From assembly GCA_964057225.1 (NCBI GenBank), contig OZ059895.1, positions 20,956,001-21,020,000 on the forward strand: a stretch of 64,000 nt of DNA. The letters are read 5' to 3'. Position numbers and translations under genes: made by a program. Of the stretch, positions 54,937 to 64,000 are shown piece after piece (positions within the stretch are counted from its first letter, which is position 1; every line of letters starts with the position of its first letter). Under the pieces are notes generated by a model. It was not told the DNA's origin. It saw only the letters and a program-made list of their open reading frames with translations, and did not search any database. Origin of the DNA: Auanema rhodensis. Its lineage: Eukaryota > Animalia > Nematoda.

Positions 54937-57900
54937 GAAAACAAGTTTTTATTGATATTGGTGCATGGCAACCATGACTTTAAAATTTACGTGAACTTTA
55001 ATTTATGCTAATTAAGTGTACACATGATGTGCACTTGGTATGTAACTCGCTTCACGTCAAAGATAAAGAGATGCGGTTTCCAAAATTAGATTCCCCATGT
55101 CCATATTAGTCTAAAAACAAATTTTTATTAATATTGGTGCATGGTAACCATGACTTTGAAATTTACGTGAACTTTAATTTATGCTAATTAAGTGTACACA
55201 TGATGTGCACTTGGTATGTAACTCGCTTCACGTGAAAGATGAAGAGATGCGGTTTTCAAAATTAGATTCCTCATGTCCATATTAGTCTAAAAACGAATTT
55301 TTATTGATATTGGTGCATGGTAACCATGACTTTGAAATTTACGTGAACTTTAATTTATGCTTATTAAGTGTACACGTGATGTGCACTTGGTATGTAACTC
55401 GCTTCACGTGAAAGATAAAGGGATGCGGTTTTCAAAATTAGATTCCCCATGTCCATATTAGTCTAAAAACAAATTTTTATTGATATTGGTGCATGGTAAC
55501 CATGACTTTGAACTTTACGTGAACTTTAATTTATGCTAATTAAGTGTACACATGATGTGCACTTGGTATGTAACTCGCTTCACGTGAAAGATGAAGAGAT
55601 GCGGTTTTCAAAATTAGATTCCTCATGTCCATATTAGTCTAAAAACGAATTTTTATCGATATTGGTGCATGGTAACCATGACTTTGAAATTTACGTGAAC
55701 TTTAATTTATGCTTATTAAGTGTACACGTGATGTGCACTTGGTATGTAACTCGCTTCACGTGAAAGATAAAGGGATGCGGTTTTCAAAATTAGATTCCCC
55801 ATGTCCATATTAGTCTAAAAACGAATTTTTATTGATATTGGTGCATGGTAACCATGACTTTGAAATTTACGTGAACTTTAATTTATGCTAATTAAGTGTA
55901 CACATGATGTGCACTTGGTATGTAACTCGCTTCACGTGAAAGATGAAGAGATGCGGTTTTCAAAATTAGATTCCTCATGTACATATTAGTCTAAAAACGA
56001 ATTTTTATCGATATTGGTGCATGGTAACCATGACTTTGAAATTTACGTGAACTTTAATTTATGCTTATTAAGTGTACACATGATGTGCACTTGGTATGTA
56101 ACTCGCTTCACGTGAAAGATGAAGAGATGCGGTTTTCAAAATTAGATTCCTCATGTCCATATTAGTCTAAAAACGAATTTTTATTGATATTGGTGCATGG
56201 TAACCATGACTTTGAAATTTACGTGAACTTTAATTTATGCTTATTAAGTGTACACGTGATGTGCACTTGGTATGTAACTCGCTTCACGTGAAAGATAAAG
56301 GGATGCGGTTTTCAAAATTAGATTCCCCATGTCCATATTAGTCTAAAAACAAATTTTTATTGATATTGGTGCATGGTAACCATGACTTTGAAATTTACGT
56401 GAACTTTAATTTATGCTAATTAAGTGTACACATGATGTGCACTTGGTATGTAACTCGCTTCACGTGAAAGATGAAGAGATGCGGTTTTCAAAATTAGATT
56501 CCTCATGTCCATATTAGTCTAAAAACGAATTTTTATCGATATTGGTGCATGGTAACCATGACTTTGAAATTTACGTGAACTTTAATTTATGCTTATTAAG
56601 TGTACACGTGATGTGCACTTGGTATGTAACTCGCTTCACGTGAGAGATAAAGAGATGCGGTTTTCAAAATTAGATTCCCCATGTCCATATTAGTCTAAAA
56701 ACAAATTTTTTTTGATATTGGTGCATGGTAACCATGACTTTGAAATTTACGTGAACTTCAATTTATGCTAATTAAGTGTACACATGATGTGCACTTGGTA
56801 TGTAACTCGCTTCACGTCAAAGATAAAGAGATGCGGTTTTCAAAATTAGATTCCCCATGTCCATATTAGTCTAAAAACAAATTTTTATTAATATTGGTGC
56901 ATGGTAACCATGACTTTGAAATTTACGTGAACATTAATTTATGCTAATTAAATGTACACCTGATGTGCACTTGGTATGTAACTCGCTTCACGTGAAAGAT
57001 AAAGAGATGCGGTTTTCAAAATTAGATTCCCCATTTCCATTTTAGACTAAAAACGAATTTTTATTGATATTGGTGCATGGTAACCATGACTTTGAAATTT
57101 ACGTGAACTTTAATTTATGCTTATTAAGTGTACACGTGATGTGCACTTGGTATGTAACTCGCTTCACGTGAAAGATAAAGAGATGCGGTTTTCAAAATTA
57201 GATTCCCCATGTCCATATTAGTCTAAAAACAAATTTTTATTAATATTGGTGCATGGTAACCATGACTTTGAAATTTACGTGAACTTTAATTTATGCTAAT
57301 TAAGTGTACACATGATGTGCACTTGGTATGTAACTCGCTTCACGTCAAAGATAAAGAGATGCGGTTTTCAAAATTAGATTCCTCATATCCATATTAGTCT
57401 AAAAACGAATTTTTATTGATATTGGTGCATGGTAACCATGACTTTGAAATTTACGTGAACTTTAATTTATGCTAATTAAGTGTACACCTGATGTGCACTT
57501 GGTATGTAACTCGCTTCACGTGAAAGATAAAGAGATGCGGTTTTCAAAATTAGATTCCCCATGTCCATATTAGTCTAAAAACAAATTTTTATTAATATTG
57601 GTGCATGGTAACCATGACTTTGAAATTTACGTGAACTTTAATTTATGCTAATTAAGTGTACACATGATGTGCACTCGGTATGTAACTCGCTTCACGTCAA
57701 AGATAAAGAGATGCGGTTTTCAAAATTAGATTCCCCATGTCCATATTAGTCTAAAAACAAATTTTTATTAATATTGGTGCATGGTAACCATGACTTTGAA
57801 ATTTACGTGAACTTTAAATTATGCTAATTAAGTGTACACATGATGTGCACTTGGTATGTAACTCGCTTCACGTGAAAGATGAAGAGATGCGGTTTTCAAA

Positions 57901-59599
57901 ATTAGATTCCTCATGTCCATATTAGTCTAAAAACGAATTTTTATTGATATTGGTGCATGGTAACCATGACTTTGAAATTTACGTGAACTTTAATTTATGC
58001 TAATTAAGTGTACACATGATGTGCACTTGGTATGTAACTCGCTTCACGTCAAAGATAAAGAGATGCGGTTTTCAAAATTAGATTCCCCATTTCCATATTA
58101 GTCTATAAACAAATTTTTATTAATATTGGTGCATGGTAACCATGACTTTGAAATTTACGTGAACTTTAAATTATGCTAATTAAGTGTACACATGATGTGC
58201 ACTTGGTATGTAACTCGCTTCACGTGAAAGATGAAGAGATGCGGTTTTCAAAATTAGATTCCTCATGTCCATATTAGTCTAAAAACGAATTTTTATTGAT
58301 ATTGGTGCATGGTAACCATGACTTTGAAATTTACGTGAACTTTAATTTATGCTAATTAAGTGTACACATGATGTGCACTTGGTATGTAACTCGCTTCACG
58401 TCAAAGATAAAGAGATGCGGTTTTCAAAATTAGATTCCTCATGTCCATATTAGTCTAAAAACGAATTTTTATTGATATTGGTGCATGGTAACCATGACTT
58501 TGAAATTTACGTGAACTTTAATTTATGCTTATTAAGTGTACACGTGATGTGCACTTGGTATGTAACTCGCTTCACGTGAAAGATAAAGAGATGCGGTTTT
58601 CAAAATTAGATTCCCCATGTCCATATTAGTCTAAAAACAAATTTTTATTAATATTGGTGCATGGTAACCATGACTTTGAAATTTACGTGAACTTTAATTT
58701 ATGCTAATTAAGTGTACACATGATGTGCACTTGGTATGTAACTGGCTTCACGTGAAAGATGAAGAGATGCGGTTTTCAAAATTAGATTCCTCATGTCCAT
58801 ATTAGTCTAAAAACGAATTTTTATTGATATTGGTGCATGGTAACCATGACTTTGAAATTTACGTGAACTTTAATTTATGCTTATTAAGTGTACACGTGAT
58901 GTGCACTTGGTATGTAACTTGCTTCACGTGAAAGATAAAGGGATGCGGTTTTCAAAATTAGATTCCCCATGTCCATATTAGTCTAAAAACAAATTTTTAT
59001 TGATATTGGTGCATGGTAACCATGACTTTGAAATTTACGTGAACTTTAATTTATGCTAATTAAGTGTACACATGATGTGCACTTGGTATGTAACTCGCTT
59101 CACGTGAAAGATGAAGAGATGCGGTTTTCAAAATTAGATTCCCCATTTCCATATTAGTCTAAAAACAAATTTTTATTGATATTGGTGCATGGTAACCATG
59201 ACTTTGAAATTTACGTGAACTTTAATTTATGCTTATTAAGTGTACACGTGATGTGCACTTGGTATGTAACTCGCTTCACGTAAAAGATAAAGAGATGCGG
59301 TTTTCAAAATTAGATTCCCCATGTCCATATTAGTCTAAAAACAAATTTTTATTGATATTGGTGCATGGTAACCATGACTTTGAAATTTACGTGAACTTTA
59401 ATTTATGCTAATTGAATGTACACGTGATGTGCACTTGGTATGTAACTCGCTTCACGTGAAAGATGAAGAGATGCGGTTTTCAAAATTAGATTCCCCATTT
59501 CCATATTAGTCTAAAAACAAATTTTTATTGATATTGGTACATGGTAACCATGACTTTGAAATTTACGTGAACTTCAATTTATGCTGATTAAGTGTACAC

Positions 59600-62300
59600 G
59601 TGATGTGCACTTGGTATGTAACTCGCTTCACGTGAAAGATGAAGAGATGCGGTTTTCAAAATTAGATTCCCCATGTCCATATTAGTCTAAAAACAAATTT
59701 TTATTAATATTAGTGCATGGTAACCATGACTTTGAAATTTACGTGAACTTTAATTTATGCTAATTAAGTGTACACATGATATGCACTTGGTATGTAACTC
59801 GCTTCACGTGAAAGATAAAGAGATGCGGTTTTCAAAATTAGATTCCCCATGTCCATACTAGTCTAAAAACAAATTTTTATTAATATTGGTGCATGGTAAC
59901 CATGACTTTGAAATTTACGTGAACTTTAATTTATGCTTATTAAGTGTACACGTGATGTGCACTTGGTATGTAACTCGCTTCACGTGAAAGATAAAGAGAT
60001 GCGGTTTTCAAAATTAGATTCCCCATGTCCATATTAGTCTAAAAACACATTTTTGTTGATATAGGTGGATGGTAACCATGACTTTGAAATTTACGTGAAC
60101 TTCAATTTATGCTAATTAAGTGTACACATGATGTGCACTTGGTATGTAACTCGCTTCACGTGAAAGATGAAGAGATACGGTTTTCAAAATTAGATTCCCC
60201 ATTTTCATATTAGTCTAAAAACAAATTTTTATTGATATTGGTGCATGGTAACCATGACTTTGAATTTTTCGTGAACTTTAATTTATGCTAATTAAGTGTA
60301 CACATGATGTGCACTTGGTATGTAACTCGCTTTACGTCAAAGATAAAGAGATGCGGTTTTCAAAATTAGATTCCCCATGTCCATATTAGTCTAAAAACAA
60401 ATTTTTATTAATATTGGTGCATGGTAACCATGACTTTGAAATTTACGTGAACTTTAATTTATGCTAATTAAGTGTACACATGATATGCACTTGGTATGTA
60501 ACTCGCTTCACGTGAAAGATGAAGAGATGCGGTTTTCAAAATTAGATTCCCCATTTCCATATTAGTCTAAAAACAAATTTTTATTGATATTGGTGCATGG
60601 TAACCATGACTTTGAAATTTACGTGAACTTTAATTTATGCTTATTAAGTGTACACGTGATGTGCACTTGGTATGTAACTCGCTTCACGTGAAAGATGAAG
60701 AGATGCGCTTTTCGAAATTAGATTCCCCATGTCCATATTAGTCTAAAAACACATTTTTGTTGATATAGGTGGATGGTAACCATGACTTTGAAATTTACGT
60801 GAACTTCAATTTATGCTAATTAAGTGCACACGTGATGTGCACTTGGTATGTAACTCGCTTCACGTGAAAGATGAAGAGATGCGGTTTTCAAAATTAGATT
60901 CCCCATGTCCATATTAGTCTAAAAACAAATTTTTATTAATATTGGTGCATGGTAACCATGACTTTGAAATTTACGTGAACTTTAATTTATGCTAATTAAG
61001 TGTACACATGATATGCACTTGGTATGTAACTCGCTTCACGTGAAAGATAAAGAGATGCGGTTTTCAAAATTAGATTCCCCATGTCCATACTAGTCTAAAA
61101 ACAAATTTTTATTAATATTGGTGCATGGTAACCATGACTTTGAAATTTACGTGAACTTTAATTTATGCTTATTAAGTGTACACGTGATGTGCACTTGGTA
61201 TGTAACTCGCTTCACGTGAAAGATAAAGAGATGCGGTTTTCAAAATTAGATTCCCCATGTTCATATTAGTCTAAAAACACATTTTTGTTGATATAGGTGG
61301 ATGGTAACCATGACTTTGAAATTTACGTGAACTTCAATTTATGCTAATTAAGTGTACACATGATGTGCACTTGGTATGTAACTCGCTTCACGTGAAAGAT
61401 GAAGAGATGCGGTTTTCAACATTAGATTCCCCATTTTCATATTAGTCTAAAAACAAATTTTTATTGATATTGGTGCATGGTAACCATGACTTTGAAATTT
61501 ACATGAACTTTAATTAATGCTAATTAAGTGTACACATGATGTGCACTTGGTATGTAACTCGCTTTACGTCAAAGATAAAGAGATGCGGTTTTCAAAATTA
61601 GATTCCCCATGTCCATATTAGTCTAAAAACAAATTTTTATTAATATTGGTGCATGGTAACCATGACTTTGAAATTTACGTGAACTTTAATTTATGCTAAT
61701 TAAGTGTACACATGATATGCACTTGGTATGTAACTCGCTTCACGTGAAAGATGAAGAGATGCGGTTTTCAAAATTAGATTCCCCATGTTCATATTAGTCT
61801 AAAAACACATTTTTGTTGATATAGGTGGATGGTAACCATGACTTTGAAATTTACGTGAACTTCAATTTATGCTAATTAAGTGTACACATGATGTGCACTT
61901 GGTATGTAACTCGCTTCACGTGAAAGATGAAGAGATGCGGTTTTCAAAATTAGATTCCCCATTTTCATATTAGTCTAAAAACAAATTTTTATTGATATTG
62001 GTGCATGGTAACCATGACTTTGAAATTTACGTGAACTTTAATTAATGCTAATTAAGTGTACACATGATGTGCACTTGGTATGTAACTCGCTTTACGTCAA
62101 AGATAAAGAGATGCGGTTTTCAAAATTAGATTCCCCATGTCCATATTAGTCTGAAAACAAATTTTTATTAATATTGGTGCATGGTAACCATGACTTTGAA
62201 ATTTACGTGAACTTTAATTTATGCTAATTAAGTGTACACATGATATGCACTTGGTATGTAACTCGCTTCACGTGAAAGATGAAGAGATGCGGTTTTCAAA
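59600..62300. repeat. 7-monomer (1232 bp) duplication followed by a nested 3-monomer (528 bp) duplication
   Basis: Offset 1232: GATATGC 59781/61013, CATACTAG 59858/61090, ATAGGTGG 60063/61295, CTTTACGTC 60333/61565. Offset 528: 61295/61823, TAATTAATGC 61516/62044, 61565/62093. Confidence 0.85.
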
Positions 62301-64000
62301 ATTAGATTCCCCATTTTCATATTAGTCTAAAAACAAATTTTTATTGATATTGGTGCATGGTAACCATGACTTTGAAATTTACGTGAACTTTAATTTATGC
62401 TTATTAAGTGTACACGTGATGTGCACTTGGTATGTAACTCGCTTCACGTGAAAGATGAAGAGATGCGCTTTTCGAAATTAGATTCCCCATGTCTTTATTA
62501 GTCTAAAAACACATTTTTGTTGATATAGGTGGATGGTAACCATGACTTTGAAATTTACGTGAACTTCAATTTATGCTAATTAAGTGTACACATGATGTGC
62601 ACTTGGTATGTAACTCGCTTCAAGTCAAAGATAAAGAGATGCGGTTTTCAAAATCAGATTCCCTATGTCCATATTAGTCTAAAAACAAATTTTTATTGAT
62701 ATTGGTGAATGGTAACCATGACTTTGAAATTTACGTGAACTTTAATTTATGCTAATTAAGTGTACACATGATGTGCACTTGGTATGTAACTCGCTTCACG
62801 TGAAAGATAAAGAGATGCGGTTTTCAAAATAGATTCCCCATTTCCATATTAGTCTAAAAACAAATTTTTATTGATATTGTTGCATGGTAACCATGACTTT
62901 GAAATTTACGTGAACTTCAATTTATGCTAATTAAGTGTACACGTGATGTGCACTTGGTATGTAACTCGCTTCACGTGAAAGATGAAGAGATGCGGTTTTC
63001 AAAATTAGATTCCCCATGTCCATATTAGTCTAAAAACAAATTTTTATTGATATTGGTGCATGGTAACCATGACTTTGAAATTTACGTGAACTTCAATTTA
63101 TGCTAATTAAGTGTACACGTGATGTGCACTTGGTATGTAACTCGCTTCAAGTCAAAGATAAAGAGATGCGGTTTTCAAAATCAGATTCCCTATGTCCATA
63201 TTAGTCTAAAAACAAATTTTTATTAATATTGGTGAATGGTAACCATGACTTTGAAATTTACGTGAACTTTAATTTATGCTAATTAAGTGTACACATGATG
63301 TGCACTTGGTATGTAACTCGCTTCACGTCAAAGATAAAGAGATGCGGTTTTCAAAATTAGATTCCCCATGTCCATACTAGTCTAAAAACAAATTTTTATT
63401 AATATTGGTGCATGGTAACCATGACTTTGAAATTTACGTGAACTTTAATTTATGCTTATTAAGTGTACACGTGATGTGCACTTGGTATGTAACTCGCTTC
63501 ACGTGAAAGATGAAGAGATGCGGTTTTCAAAATTAGATTCCCCATGTCCATATTAGTCTAAAAACACATTTTTGTTGATATAGGTGGATGGTAACCATGA
63601 CTTTGAAATTTACGTGAACTTCAATTTATGCTAATTAAGTGTACACATGATGTGCACTTGGTATGTAACTCGCTTCAAGTCAAAGATAAAGAGATGCGGT
63701 TTTCAAAATCAGATTCCCTATGTCCATATTAGTCTAAAAACAAATTTTTATTAATATTGGTGAATGGTAACCATGACTTTGAAATTTACGTGAACTTTAA
63801 TTTATGCTAATTAAGTGTACACATGATGTGCACTTGGTATGTAACTCGCTTCACGTGAAAGATAAAGAGATGCGGTTCTCAAAATAGATTCCCCATTTCC
63901 ATATTAGTCTAAAAACAAATTTTTATTGATATTGGTGCATGGCAACCATGACTTTAAAATTTACGTGAACTTAAATTTATGCTAATTAAGTGTACACATG

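Larger units (their letters stand above)
1..64000. repeat. Tandem satellite DNA array, 176-bp monomer, about 363.7 head-to-tail copies; putative centromeric/pericentromeric satellite; runs off both window ends
   Basis: AATTAGATTC recurs at 1, 177, 353 and onward. The 60-nt lines re-register every 2640 bp (15x176) without a shift up to 36961. First monomer (1-176): AATTAGATTCCTCATGTCCATATTAGTCTAAAAACAAATTTTTATTAATATTGGTGCATGGTAACCATGACTTTGAAATTTACGTGAACTTTAATTTATGCTAATTAAGTGTACACATGATGTGCACTTGGTATGTAACTCGCTTCACGTGAAAGATGAAGAGATGCGGTTTTCAA. The satellite call is directly observed; centromeric location is inferred from monomer size and organisation. Confidence 0.99.

Noticed and set aside
1-64000. 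CRISPR-like array (regular period, palindromic segments)
   Set aside because: There are no unique spacers, since the entire 176 bp repeats, and no cas genes.
1-64000. Tandem RNA gene cluster (5S rRNA, tRNA, snRNA or spliced-leader RNA)
   Set aside because: I see no recognisable 5S/tRNA sequence, cloverleaf or Pol III A/B/C boxes, and the composition is 68% AT. A formal Rfam/Infernal search was not possible.
1-64000. Variant pattern as an encoded message or programmed diversification system
   Set aside because: The order of variants is adequately explained by nested tandem duplication and conversion. No associated enzyme gene or template/target arrangement is present.

Overview
The whole 64-kb window is one uninterrupted head-to-tail tandem satellite array. 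It holds about 363.7 copies of a 176-bp AT-rich monomer (about 32% GC, counted on the first copy), all in the same orientation. I see no genes, RNA genes, transposon insertions, inversions or CRISPR spacers. The three 60-aa ORFs arise from a single TAG>AAG variant in the monomer. Monomer length, homogeneity and nested higher-order repeats are typical of eukaryotic centromeric or pericentromeric satellite DNA, but I do not recognise the family or organism, and centromere function cannot be shown from sequence. I found no new protein-coding system. The interest lies in the variant-level structure, read by eye from diagnostic SNPs: an ancestral three-monomer order, local duplications of 2-17 monomers, an older ~17-21 kb super-repeat, two diverged domains (about 36-47 kb and 56.6-64 kb) carrying a distinct monomer subfamily, a short probable gene-conversion tract, a CpG-decay-like pattern and a monomer dense in dyad symmetries.
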